Shown here piece after piece: positions 48,736 to 62,000 of a DNA stretch of 64,000 nucleotides (position 1 is its first letter; each line of letters begins with the position of its first letter). The translations under genes were made by a program, and so were the position numbers. The notes below the pieces were generated by a model that saw only the letters and a program-made list of their open reading frames with translations, ran no database searches and was not told the DNA's origin. Source of the stretch: Mobula hypostoma (taxonomy: Eukaryota); contig NC_086097.1 of NCBI RefSeq assembly GCF_963921235.1, forward strand, positions 100,504,001 through 100,568,000, given 5' to 3'.

Positions 48736-49288
48736 CAATACTGCGTAAAAGTCTTAGACACACACTGTATACACAGCTAGGGTGGCCAAGACTTCTGCAC
48801 AGTACTGTAGTAATTGTATGTATTGCACTGTACTGCAGCAAAAATAAAAAAAAAACAAAATTCATGACATATGTGAGAGATAATCAAGCTGATTCTGAAA
48901 TGGGTCTTATTGTGGACTGAGAGTGGGAAGGGGGCAGGGAGATGGGAATCATGGTTGGGAAAGGGGAGGGAGAGGGGAGGGAACAGGAAGCACCGGAGAG
49001 ACATTCTGCAATGATCAATACACCAGTTGTTTGGAATCAAATGACCTTGTCTGGTGTCTCAGGGCTGGGTGTGTCTGTATCCGCACCACTCTCCACCCCT
49101 GGTACTCCGTCTCTGCCACCCGTCCCACACCCCTCCACAGAGCTTCACCCTCACCATTCTCAACATGCTTTGCTCCAGCAGATTTACAAACTCACTCTGC
49201 TCCACGTTGACAAATACAGTACTGTCCAAAAGTCTTAGGCACCCAAGCTATATACAGTATATGTGTTTAAGGCTTTGGCGCAGTACTG
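48736..49288. mobile_element. Tc1/mariner-like composite bounded by two 72-bp palindromic mini-MITEs (48736-48807, 49217-49288)
   Basis: Each mini element approximates CAGTACTGTGCAAAAGTCTTAGGCAC...GTGCCTAAGACTTTTGCACAGTACTG and is flanked by TA. Confidence 0.75.
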
Positions 49289-49329
49289 TACACGTGACAA
49301 AGAACCTAGTCATTATCTTTATCTTTCTT

Positions 49330-49790
49330 TGGGTTTGTGCTGACTCACAGAGCAGTTCCATTCCTCCATCTCAAAAGCCAGGCTCCCCTTCATAGCTCTG
49401 TCTACACTTCTCAATGCCTCAGGAAAGCAGCCAACAATAACCAAGGTCCCCTCCAACCCTGGCCATCCTCTCTTCTCCCTGCTTCCATTAGGCAGAAAAT
49501 ACAGGAGCTCGAAAACATCTACCACTAGGCTCAAGAACAGCTTCTATCTCACTGCTATAAGACTCTGAAAGGATCCCTCATGCACGATAAACTTTTGATC
49601 TCCACATCTACCTTGACATGACCCTTGCACTTTCTTTGTCTACCTGCACTGCACTTCCTCTGTAACTGTATCATTCTGTCTTCTTTTCACTACCTCAATG
49701 TGCTTACTGTATGCCTGGAATGATCTGACTGAAAGGCCCACAAACGAAAGTCTTTTACTGCATCTTGGTACATGTGACAATAATAAACCA
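49330..49790 (+). mobile_element. Rex1/L2-like 3' fragment
   Basis: SVYTSQCLRKAANN...; ends gtacatgtgacaataataaac. Confidence 0.6.
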
Positions 49791-49929
49791 TTTGCCAGTA
49801 CCTGTAACTTCTCCTGTAACCCATGATAGAAACTGAGATACTGAAAGGCAGGCAGCAGTTCTGCTGCTGTTTCCTCTGGAAGAAAGAAACACATTTTAAC
49901 AGTGATGTTACTCATTATATCTGTTGAGG

Positions 49930-50380
49930 AAGAGGAGGCATTTTTGTAGCACCCACTGCAGCTATTGTCCCAATGTTGAGCACAGTGGATAAGTACTGTA
50001 ATCAGTGCTAATCGTGTATATATGGAGTGTGAGAGACTGCAGAATTTTAGTATCTCAAGGAGCTGCTCTTCAAGTTTTGGCTGTGCTGCATCCCATGCTC
50101 CTGATCTTCAGTCACCTGGTGCGTTTGCGGATGGGTTGGTCGGGGAATCTCCTGGTCAGTTTGCTCCTGGGCCTGAGCAAGGTGGCCATTCACACGGGCA
50201 GTGGAGTTTTCAGCCTGAGCTGATTGTCTGTCCCTCTTCCAGGGTTACATGTGCCCTGCTTGCCCCTGGAGAAGGAGAACAATGCGGGTGCAATAAGGAA
50301 TTTCAGGGCTGGGAAACACCACAGAGGCTCGAGTGCATTCTGGATAGAGATGATTGTGTTGTACTATGAAACTAGTAAAT
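49930..50380 (+). mobile_element. Degraded Tx1/L1-clade ORF2 C-terminal fragment
   Basis: VYMECERLQ...MLLIFSH...LLVSLLLGLSKVAIH. Confidence 0.55.
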
Positions 50381-50395
50381 GTGTGAATTGTGGAA

Positions 50396-50574
50396 CAAGT
50401 GAAAATCCGCAGATGCTGGAAATCTAAGCAACACACACAAAATGCTGGAGGAACTCAGCAGGCCAGGCAGCATCTATAGAGAAGAGTCCAGTCGACAACT
50501 CAGGTCAAGACCCTTCATCAGACTGAACTCTTTTCCATAGATGCCTCCTGGCCTGCTGGGTTCCTCCAGCATTT
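50396..50574. mobile_element. Miniature palindromic Penelope-derived insertion
   Basis: Two opposing Penelope termini; 16-bp direct repeat tgtgtgaattgtggaa at 50380-50395 and 50575-50590. Confidence 0.8.
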
Positions 50575-51049
50575 TGTGTGAATTGTGGAATATTGTAGCA
50601 TTGTATTGATGTGATGCTGTAATCACTGAATAAATTCCGAAGGAAAGGACAAGGATATCAGACTTGTGACTTACACTCTTTGGACTTGATATCCAGCACA
50701 GGGTACTTGCAGGGCAGAGCTCAGTCAACCAATCAACACTGGGAAAGTATCTCTGGCAATTGTCTTCTACAGCACAAGTGCCACCTGCTGGCTGCACCCC
50801 TCACTTCCAAAACCATCATAGCTCAGATTCTGCAGACCCGGGAACCTAGAAGAACAAGCAAGATGCGAGAGGATCTCAACGGGTCAGGCAGCATCTATAG
50901 AGGGAAATGAACAGTCAACACCTTGGGTTAGGCCCTGCAGTCCACGATGTTGTGCCAACCTTTTAACTAACTCTAAGATCAATCTAAATCTTCCCTCCTA
51001 CATTCCCTCTATTTTTCTATCATCCCTGTGCCTTCCTAAGAGTTTCTTA

Positions 51050-52200
51050 TATAGAAACATAGAAAACTTACAGCACAATACAGGCCCTACGGCCCACAAT
51101 ACTGTGCCAAACACTTACTTACTTTAGAAATTACTAGGCTTACCCATAGCTCTCTATTTTTCTAAGCTCCATGTAACTATCCAGGAGTGTCTTAAAAGAC
51201 CGTATTGTATGCGTCTCCACCACTGTTGCTGGCAGCCCATTCCACGCGCTCACCACTCTCTGCGTAAAAAACTTGCCCCTGACATCTCCTCTGTACCTAC
51301 TTTAAAGCACCTTAAAACTGTGCCCTCTCGTGCTAACCATTTCAGCCCTGGGAAAAAGCCTCTGACTATCTACACAATCAATGCCTCTCATCATCTTATA
51401 CACCTCTATCAGGTCACCTCTCATCCTCTGTTGGTCCAAGGAGAAAAGGCCGAGTTCACTCAACCTATTCTCATTGGGCATGCTCCCCAATCCAGGCAAC
51501 ATCCTTGTAAATCTCCTCTACACCCTTTCTATGGTTTCCACATCCTTCCTGTAGTGAGGCGACCAGAACTGAGCACAGTACTCCAAGCGTAGTCTGACCA
51601 GGGTCCTATATAGCTGCAACATTACCTCTCGGCTCCTAAACTCAATCCCATGGTTGAGAAAGGCCAATGCACCGTATGCCTTCTTAACCACAGAGTCAAC
51701 CTGCGTAGCAGCTTTGAGTGTCCTATGGACTCGGATCCCAAGATCCCTCTGATCCTCCACACTGCAATCCTCCACACTGTCTTACCATTAATACTATATT
51801 CTGCCATCATATTTGACTTACAAAAATGAACCACCTCACACTTATCTGGGTTGAACTCCATCTGCCACTTCTCAGCCCAGTTTTTCATCCTATCAATGTC
51901 GCGTTGTAACCTCTGACAGCCTTCCACACTATCCACAACACCCCCAACCTTTATGTTGTCAGCAAATTTACGAACCCATTCCTCCACTTCCTCAAGCAGG
52001 TCATTTATAAAAATCACGAAGAGGAGGGGTCCCAGAACAGATCCCTGAGGCACACCACTGGTCACTGGCCTCCATGCAGAATATGACCTGTCTACAACCA
52101 TTCTTTGCCTTCTGTGGGCAAGCCAGTTCTGGATCCACAAAGCAATGTCCCCTTGGATCCCATGCCTCCTTACTTTCTCAATAAGCCTTGCATGGGGTAT
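51050..52200 (-). mobile_element. CR1 LINE 3' part (second family)
   Basis: WIQNWLAHRRQR...GVPQGSVLGP...; LYRTLVRLRLEYC; CTATGTTT tail. Confidence 0.9.
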
Positions 52201-52204
52201 CTAA

Positions 52205-52440
52205 TGCCCCTAATAAATCTGCCTCTACACCATACCTGGCAGGACATTCTATCCACTCATCTCTTTCTGTACAACAAACAGACCTGCCATACTGCACCAA
52301 CCACTGCCGCTGGGCTATAAACGTGCAGGAGCAATGTGTGGTTAAGTGCCTCGCTCAAGGACACAATACGCTGCCTCAGCTGAGGCTTGAACTTGCAATC
52401 TTCAGATCACTAGTCCAACACCTTAACCACTAGGCCATGT
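52205..52440 (-). mobile_element. tRNA-derived CORE-like SINE
   Basis: Minus strand TGGCCTAGTGG (A box), AGTTCAAGCC (B box), then GTGTCCTTGAGCGAGGCACTTAACC. Confidence 0.7.
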
Positions 52441-53118
52441 CCTAACCTCTGTCATTCCTCCTATAAATTCCTCCAATTACCTTAAAATTATGCCCCTAAT
52501 ATTAACCATTTTCACCCTGAGAGGAAGTCTCTGCCTATTCACTGGATCTATGCCTATGACCATCTTGTACACTTCTGTTAAGTCACCTCTCATCCTCCTT
52601 CACCCCAAAGAGAAAAGACCTAACTCACTCAACGTATCCTCATATGATATGCTCTCCTATCCAGGCAGCAGCCTGGTAAATCTTCTCAGCACCCTCTCTA
52701 AAACTTTCACATCTTTCCTATCAATACACACAAAATGCTGGAGGAACTCAGCAGGCCAGGCAGCATCTATGGAAAGGAGTATATTTGATGTTTCAGACTG
52801 AGACCCTTTGGCAGGACTGGAGAAAAAAAGCTAAGGAGTAGATTTAAAAAGTGGGGGAGGGGAGAGAGAAACACAAGGCAACTAGAACTGAACACAATAT
52901 TCTAAGTGTAGTCCAACCAGGGTTTTAAAGACGTTCCAGATTGAATGTTTTCACACTTTTCTGGGTTGAACTCCATCTGCCACTTCTTAGCCCAGCTCTG
53001 CGTCCTTCAGTGTAACCTATGACCTAGGACATGCAATGGGAAGAAGTTCAAAGGAGATGAGCGGGACAAGTTTTTTTACATAGCGGTGGGTATCTGGAAT
53101 GTGGTGGTGGCAGATATA

Positions 53119-53785
53119 TAGAAACATAGAAACATAGAAAATAGGTGCAGGAGTAGGCCATTCGGCCCTTCGAGCCTGCACCGCCATTTATTATGATCAT
53201 GGCTGATCATCCAACTCAGAACCCCGCCCCAGCCTTCCCTCCATACCCCCTGACCCCCGTAGCCACAAGGGCCATATCTAACTCCCTCTTAAATATAGCC
53301 AATGAACTGGACTCAACTGTTTCCTGTGGCAGAGAATTCCACAGATTCACCACTCTCTGTGTGAAGAAGTTTTTCCTAATCTCGGTCCTAAAAGGCTTCC
53401 CCTCTATCCTCAAACTGTGACCCCTCGTTCTGGACTTCCCCAACATCGGGAACAATCTTCCTGCATCTAGCCTGTCCAATCCCTTTAGGATTTTATACGT
53501 TTCAATCAGATCCCCCCTCAATCTTCTAAATTCCAACGAGTACAAGCCCAGTTCATCCAGTCTTTCTTCATATGAAAGTCCTGCCATCCCAGGAATCAAT
53601 CTGGTGAACCTTCTTTGTACTCCCTCTATGGCAAGGATGTCTTTCCTCAGATTAGGGGACCAAAACTGCACACAATACTCCAGGTGTGGTCTCACCAAGG
53701 CCTTGTACAACTGCAGTAGTACCTCCCTGCTCCTGTAATCGAATCCTCTCGTTATAAATGCCAGCATACCATTCACCTTTTTCAC
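53119..53785 (-). mobile_element. Young 5'-truncated CR1
   Basis: ORF 53216-53818; near-identical to 36792-37455. Confidence 0.95.
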
Positions 53786-53889
53786 TGGGGCTTTGAAAAG
53801 ATGTTTAGGTAGGCACATGAATGTGAGGGAAATGGAAGCACTTGGACATCGCGTAGGCAGAAGGAATTAGTTTAGTTGGGTTGGCCATG

Positions 53890-54890
53890 TCTATGTGGCT
53901 AGGCATAGCTCAAATACCATCTATAAATTTGCTGATGATACAACCATTGCTGGTAGAATCTCAGGTGGTGATGAGAGGGCGTACAGGAGTGAGATATGCC
54001 AACTAGTGGAGTGGTGCCACAGCAACAACCTGGCACTCAACGTCAGTAAGATGAAAGAGCTGGTTGTGGACTTCAGGAAGGGCAAGATGAAGGAACACAC
54101 ACCAATCCTCATAGAGGGATCAGAAGTGGAGAGAGTGAGCAGTTTCAAGTTCCTGGGTGTCAAGATCTCTGATGATCTAACCTGGTTCCAACATATCGAT
54201 GTAGTTATAAAGAACGCTAGACAGTGACTGTACTTCATTAGGAGTTTGAAGAGTATTGGTATGTCAACAAATACACTCAAAAACTTTTATAGATTACCGT
54301 GGAGAGCATTCTGACAGGCTGCATCACAGTTTGGTATGGGGGGGCAGTGGGTGGAGGGGTCGCTACTGCATGGGACTGAAAGAAGCTGCAGAGGGTTTGT
54401 TAATTTAGTCATAAATTTTGTAAATTTCTGGATACAGTCTTCCATATTCAGCTAGCATATTTGTGTGTGTGTATACTGTATATAGGTACCCAGGACATCT
54501 TCAAGGAGCAGTGTCTCAGAAAAGCAGCATCCATTATTAAGGACCCCCAGCACCCAGGGCATGCCCTTTTCTCACTGTTACCATCAGGTAGGAGGTACAG
54601 AAGCCTGAAGGCACACACTCAGCGATTCAGGAACAGCTTCTTCCCCTCTGCATCCGATTCCTAAATGGACATTGACCCCTTGGACACTACATCACTTTTT
54701 AAAATATATGTTATTTCTGATTTTTGCACAATTTTTAATCTATTTAATATACGTATACTGTAATTTTATTTATTTATTTATTTATTATTTGTTTCTTCTG
54801 TATTATGTATTGCATTGAACTGCTGCTGCTAAGTTAACAAATTTCATGACTCATGCCAGTGATCATAAACCTGATTCTGATTCTGATTAT
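53890..54890 (+). mobile_element. Rex1/Babar-type LINE 3' part
   Basis: [12 protein letters not shown]...[15 protein letters not shown]...FKFLGV; (CTGATT)n tail. Confidence 0.88.
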
Positions 54891-54915
54891 TAATTTAATT
54901 AGTTCAGGACAACAT

Positions 54916-56185
54916 TAGAAACATAGAAAACCTACAGGACAATACAGGCCCTTCGACCCACAAAGTTGTGTCGAACTTGTCCTTACCTTAGAACTACCTA
55001 GGCTTACCCATAGCCATCTATTTCCATGTATCTATCCAGGAGTCTCTTAAAAGATCCTATTGTTTCCACCTCCACCGCTGCCGCTAGCAGCCCAGTTGTG
55101 AGCCTGTTCCTGTGCTTCGAAACTACTACACTATCCACAACAGCCCCAACTTTCGTGTCACATGCAAAGTTACTAACCCACCCTTCCACTTCCTCATCCA
55201 GGTCATTTATAAAAATCACAAAGAGCAGGGATATCAGAACAGATCCCTATGGAACACCACTGGTCACTAACCTCCAGGAAGAATACGCTCCATCTACAAT
55301 CACCTTTTTATAGGCAAGCCAATTCTGTATTCACACAGCCAAGTTTCCCTGGATCCCGTACCTTCTGACTTCCTGAATGAGCCTACCCTGGGGAACCTTG
55401 GCAAATGCCTCACTGAAATCCATATACCCCACATCCACATCTCCACATTCATCAATGTGTGTTGTCACATCCTCAAATAATTCAATCAGGTTCGTGAGGC
55501 ATAATCTGCCCCTCACAAAGCCTAATCAGACTATGCTTCTAGAAATGCTCAGAAATCCTGGCTCTGAGAATTTGATCCAGTAATTTGCCCACCACCCACC
55601 GGTCTATAACTCGCTCTCCTGAACACAGGAATTACATTTGCCTTCTTCGGTCACCTGGTACTACAATCATAGCCAGCAAATACACAAAGTTCATCAGCAA
55701 AGGTACAGCAATCTCTTCCCTTTTTTCCTGTCGTAACCCAGGGTAGATCTTGTGCATCCCTGGTCACTTATCCATCCTAACATTTTTCAGAAGTCCCAGC
55801 CCGTCCTCTTTCTGAACATTGGCACATTTGAGATATCAGCCTGTTCTCACAGACCTCTCACTGGTGATTACCTAGGCAAAGTGTTCATTACCTCCTCCAA
55901 CTCCAGGCATAGTTCCTCTTCTCTCCCTGATCGGCCCTACTCTCACTCTAGTCATCTCTCTGTTCCTCACATAGTCCATTCCTCTCCAAAGTCCATTCTT
56001 CAGCTCCTTCCTGGCTACCTTGCAACTCCCTAGAGACCTGTCTGATCCTTGCTTCCTAAACTTCTTTCTTCCTCTTGACTAGATATTCATCTCTCATCAA
56101 GCACTGTTCCTTCGCCCTACCATCCTTTCCCTGCCTCAATGGGACGAACCTATTCAGACTCCCAGCAAGTGCTCCCTAAGCAACC
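54916..56185 (-). mobile_element. Degraded, deleted CR1
   Basis: IFINDLDEEVEGWVSNF; CLTNLIELFEDVT...YMDFSEAFAKVP. Confidence 0.75.
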
Positions 56186-58825
56186 TATAAAACCCTGGTT
56201 AGCCCATTCCTGGAGTGTTGTGTCCAGTTCTGGTCGCTTCATTACAGGAAAGATGTGGAAGCTTTAGAGAGGCTGCAAAAGTGACTTAGCAGGACATCAG
56301 AGAGCAGTAGGTGTATGGAACATGCTGCCAGGAGTGGTGGTAGAGGCAGATACATTAGGGACATTTAAGAGACTCTTGGATAGGCAGATGGATGATAGAA
56401 AAGTAGAGAACTACTTTGGAGGGAAGAGTTAGATTGATCTTGAGTGAGATTAAAAGGTTGGCACAACGTCATGGGCTGAAGAGCCTAACTACGTTGTATT
56501 CCATGTTCAGTAAGGATTCACTATTTACCCTAGCAGCAACGTTAGGCTGACTAACATATAAACCTTTAGCCATGTTCCATTCTCTTCCTGCCAGTACAGA
56601 TTATGTTGACCATTTCCCTATTCTTTGTCAATACACCTTTTCTAATTTACTGTCCAATACGTGGAACAAAAGCTCTGTAATCTCTTCTAAGAACTGAAAG
56701 CGATTACATTGTGGTTGTGAATCGATCTCTGGAGAGTGAAGCTGGTGGACATAAAGGGTCTTTTCTCATTTCAGCAGGGCTTCTGGAGATTCACTTTCTC
56801 CTTCTCTCCCCCCTTACACATACAACTCAGCAGTGATTTTTTTTAAACACAAGAACAACAATAAACTACTGACTACAGTTCCAACACTGTGATTACCTAG
56901 TTCCACATTCTGAGTGTAACGTATTTACAATGGGAGAAAATCCTAAATGGCAGAACCTCACTGACTATTCAACTACCGCTGCTCGGCTTGAAAGGTTCTT
57001 ACCACGAAACACCAAACAATGTGTTCCTGCTAATATGATGGGCTGAATGACCTGTTTCCCTGTTGAATGACTCTGTGAGTTTCCTAAAGGAGGGACGTAG
57101 TGACGGTGGGGTGGGGGAGACCTCACCCCACCCCAATTGGCAGTGGTCAGCCCAGCATCGTCTGGAGCATACAGCTGGCTTTGTGATATCATCCCACTGT
57201 GCATCCATTTGTTTCTGAAGCCACCTTCCCCCACTGTCTGTTCCCTACCCAGGAAGAGATTCCCTCCCCCTCCCCTTTACCGTACCCACACTGGTGTCTC
57301 TGTAACCCAGCACATGACCCCCACCCACCTGGTCTAACAGGTGTGAAGCCAGTGTCTCAGCTGCTGGCCAGTGCACCTCCGACACACTGTGCCCAGACTC
57401 CCACTCTGTCTGAGGTCTGCCCCTGGGTGTGGGTTGGAGCAGTCACTGTGTGAAGTGGGTCCTGTCAGGTAAGGGCAAAACCAGGCCCAGGGGTGTTCAG
57501 AAATCATCTGTCCACATGAGAACGTTCAGCTGGAACGTGCTCGGTCGGACCAGGCACGCTGTGGTATACACTTGGTAGACCAGACTAATAAATCCTGTTG
57601 CCTAGGCTCATCGAGGTCCCTCCCACACTGCCATTCTCTCTTCTCCTCCATCCCACATCTCCTCAGTCAGAAGATGAAAAGGTTTGAGAACAGGTATCAA
57701 GTAAGCTGCAATCCTGTTGTTATCAGATCAGATCTTCTCTGGAGTAAAGATAAACTCCATCTCTCAGTCTACATCATCGAGGTCCTTGTCCTGTGTTGTC
57801 TACCTGCACTGCACCTCCTCTGTAACTATAACACCATGTTCTGTCTGCTCCCTTTTGTACCACCTTGATATGTGGAATGACATTTTTTGTTGACATTCCA
57901 GGTTCTGGGAGAAAGTGGCCAGAACGGCACCAGGAATGTGGGAATGTCATCTCATGGATTGGTGGAGACACCCAGGAACATTCCCACAGGTTCATTTCTG
58001 AATGGTCCATGGAAGTCACCTTGCTACTTTCACTCTATTTTTACACACTAGTTTATTTTTGATATTCTTTTTATTTCTTCTTGTAACATAGAGTGTATTT
58101 TTTGTCTTGTATGGTACTGCCATCACAAAACACCACATTTCAGGACAGGTACCAGTGGTAATAAAGCTGAATCTGATTCTGGAGCAGACGATGAGTCGGG
58201 GTGTGTCGGAACTCTCAGTGTCAACCCCAGTTGTGGTATCCCAGGAAGGTGGGAATGACAAATGAATGGAGCTCAGGGCACAGCATCAGGAAATGGGCAG
58301 CAACAGGGAACGTTCAATTAGTCGGTGAGTTTCTGATGAGAGAGTGACAAAGGCCAATGCAGTAACGTGGTGCAGAAGAAATTGGATACGTTCAAGATAG
58401 GAGGAGTTTTACAGGATGACATAGCTAGACCATGTCGGACTAACGGCACAGCTCCAGTGAAACACTACACCACATGACTGAACAAAGGGTCTCCATGTGT
58501 ACAATTTACTATGGGGCCCTGTGTCTGGAAACAGGGCAGACATGTGATACAGCAGGAAGTAACAGCCTCCCAGTGCGAAGGGGACATCACTTCTCCTCTT
58601 GCTAAGGAACGGTTATTAGGCAATCCTGGTAGGCGCAGCCAACAGGAAACTCCCAGAACGAAGAGATTTGTTTATTAGTGTGGAGCATCTTCCTCAGTGG
58701 GAGATATAGGTTTGAATAACAAGGCCAGTGTGTCCTGGGAGAAAATTAAGTCACATCTACTCACAGGTGACTGGAGACAGCAGAGGGAGCTCGAGTTTAA
58801 TGCACCAGGTTGTGGAGGAGTGTGA

Positions 58826-59079
58826 GTGAGATTACTGTTTAATCATATCGACACCCTTTCTCCCATTCCACAGTGAGATTACTGTTCAATCACACCGACA
58901 CCCTTTCTCCCATTCCACAGTGAGATTACTGTACAATCATATCGACACCCTTTCTCCCATTCCACAGTGAGATTACTGTACAATCATATCGACACCCTTT
59001 CTCCCATTCCACAGTGAGATTTCTGTTCAATCATATCGACACCCTTTCTCCCATTCCACAGTGAGATTACTGTTCAATC
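58826..59079. repeat. 47-bp tandem array, left part (~5.4 units)
   Basis: Unit GAGATTACTGTTCAATCACACCGACACCCTTTCTCCCATTCCACAGT. Confidence 0.97.
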
Positions 59080-62000
59080 TTTTATTTGGAATAATAAAAG
59101 ACCAAGAATTAGTAAATGTCACTTATAAAAATTGAAAAAGGATGGAGGTCTTGCTTTGCCTAATCTAAGAATATATTCTGAAGGAAGTAGCTGTGGAGAT
59201 TGCGGAGGCATCAGCGATGATCTTTCAAAAGTCGATAGATTCTGGCATGGTTCCGGAGGACTGGAAGATTGCAAAGGTCACTCAGCTATTTAAGAAGGGG
59301 GCAAGGAAGCAAAAAGGAAATTATAGACCTGTTAGCTTGACATCCGTGGTTGGGAAGTTGTTGGAGTCCATTGTCAAGGATGAGGTTACAGAGTACCTGG
59401 AGGCATATGACAAGATAGGCAGAACTCAGCATGGATTCCTTAAAGGAAAATCCTGCCTGACAAACTTATTACAATTTTTTGAGGAAATTACCAGTAGGCT
59501 AGACAAGGGAGATGCAGTGGATGTTGTATATTTGGATTTTCAGAAGGCCTTTGACAAGGTGCCACACATGAGGCTACTTAACAAGGTAAGAGCCCATGGA
59601 ATTACGGGAAAGTTACATACATGGATAGAGCGTTGGCTGATTGGCAGGAAACAGAGAGTGGGAATAAAGGGATCCTATTCTGGTTGGCTGCCGGTTACCA
59701 GTGGTTTTCGGCAGGGATCAGTGTTGGGGCCGCTTCTTTTTACATTGTACATCAATGATTTAGATTATAGAATAGATGACTTTGTGGCTAAGTTTGTTAC
59801 GATACGAAGATAGGTGGAGGGGCCGGTAGTGCTGAGGAAATGGAGAGTCTGTAGAGAGACTTGGATAGATTGGAAGAATGGGCAGAGAAGTGGCAAATGA
59901 AGTACAATGTTGGAAAGTGTATGATTATGCACTTTGGCAGAAAATATAAACAGGCAGCCTATTATTTAAATGGGGAAAGAATTCAAAGTTCTGAGATGCA
60001 ACGGGACTTGGGAGTCCTCGTATAGAATACCCTTAAAGTTAACCTCTAGGTTGAATCAGTAGTGAAGAAGGCGAATGCAATGTTGGCATCCATTTCTAGA
60101 GGAATAGAGTACAGGAGCAGGGATGTGATGTTGAGGCTCTATAAGGCGCTGGTGAGACCTCACTTGGAGTACTGTGGGCAGTTTTGGTCTCCTTATTTAA
60201 GAAAGGATGTGCTGACGTTGGAGAGGGTACAGAGAAGATTCACTAGAATGATTCCGGGAATGAGAGGGTTAACATATGAGGAATGATTGTCCGCTCTTGG
60301 ACTGTATTCCTTGGAGTTTAGAAGAATGAGGGGAGACCTCATAGAAACATTTCGAATGTTAAAAGGCATGGACAGAGTGGATGTGGCAAAGTTGTTTCCC
60401 ATGATGGGGGAGTCTAGTACGAGAGGGCATGACTTAAAGATTGAAGGGCGCCCTTTTAGAACAGAAATGCAAAGAAATTTTTTTAGTCAGAGGGTGGTGA
60501 ACCTATGGAATTTGTTGCCACGGGCAGCAGTGGAGGCCAAGTCATTGGGTGTATTTAAGGCAGAGATTGATATGTATCTGAGTAGCCAGGGCATCAAAGG
60601 TTATGGTGAGAAGGCAGGGGAGTGGGACTAAATAGGAGAAAATGGATCAGCTCATGATAAAATGGCGGAGCAGACTCGATGGGCCGAATGGCCTACTTCT
60701 GCTCCTTTGTCTTATCGTCTTATGGTCTTATGGGGCTGTTAATGTGTGATACATGTCTTTTTGGTTATATTGGGTTGATAAGAGTCATCCGTCAATTTGA
60801 GTAGACCTGGAACTGAAAATTGTAAAACAGTTTTATTTAACCTCGTTATTGGGAGCTGCTTTACCTTTGCAATTAGCTAAAGTTGTTAATTTAAACCTAT
60901 ATCCTTTGATTAAGTATTCTTTACAAATTTGGCTCCAGTTCCGCAATTTTTTTAATCTTAAAAAATTTAAACTTTGTGGTTTAATTTATGGAAATTACTG
61001 TCTCTAGCCTTCTTTGAGTGATCCAATTTTTTTACTTTGGAAAAATACAAGTATTAATTCATTTTTGGATTTATTTAAAGAAGATAGATTGATGTCTTTA
61101 GAACAATTAATTGATAAATATTTTCTTTCATACTCACACTTTCTGCAATACCTTCAAGTTAGACACTTTTTACAAAAATATTTAAGTAATTTTCCTTACA
61201 TATTGGAGGCTGACCTGTTAGATACTATTATGAGTATGAATCCTTCACTCAAGGGTTCTATTGGAAGAATTTATAATTTATTATTACAATGGGATAAGTG
61301 TCCTTTATCAAAGATTAAACAGGATTGGGAAAAGGAACTCAATTTGACTTTTATGACGGAGGATTGGATGCGGATTTTGAAGTTGGTTAACTCTTCTTCA
61401 ATTTGTGCTAGCCATTCATTGATTCAATTTAAAATTGTACATTATTACCATTTGACAAAGGAGAGACTTTCTAAAATCCTTTCTAATGTTGATAGTCATT
61501 GTCATAGATGTAAAACCGAGATAGTTACACTGACAAATATGTTTAGGTCTTGTTCTATATTGGAACAGTTCTGGAAGTCGGGTTTTTCAACAATTTCTAA
61601 AGCACTTAAAATTAATCTATAACCAAATAAATTAACTGTGCTTTTTGGAAAAATTCCTCAAAATATTCATGGTACTAGTGTGTCTGACCAAAATGTTATT
61701 GCATTTGTTACATAGATAGCTAGGAGGGCCATTTTGTTGAAGTGGAGGGATACATCAGCTCGAACTTTGTCACAATGGTTCTCTCAAGTGGTGCTATGTC
61801 TTAGTTTGGAGAAAATTAGAAGTTCAACCTTTGAACCTTTATTTGAATTTGACAAAAGATGGGGCTCATCCGCACATTACTATCATTTGAGCTAATTGAC
61901 AGATTTTTTCCATGATCTAATTGCAAATTTTTTAGCATATTTTCTTTTCGTGCCGGCAGTTTGATGTTTGTTTTTAGAAGATTTTTGTATGATGCATGGC

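Noticed and set aside
50779..50792. CTCF-like motif TGCCACCTGCTGGC
   Set aside because: A single short match is expected by chance in 64 kb; needs ChIP or conservation data
58186..58830. Possible small exons with GTGAGT donors near 58325 and 58822
   Set aside because: Phases do not join into an ORF and no protein is recognisable
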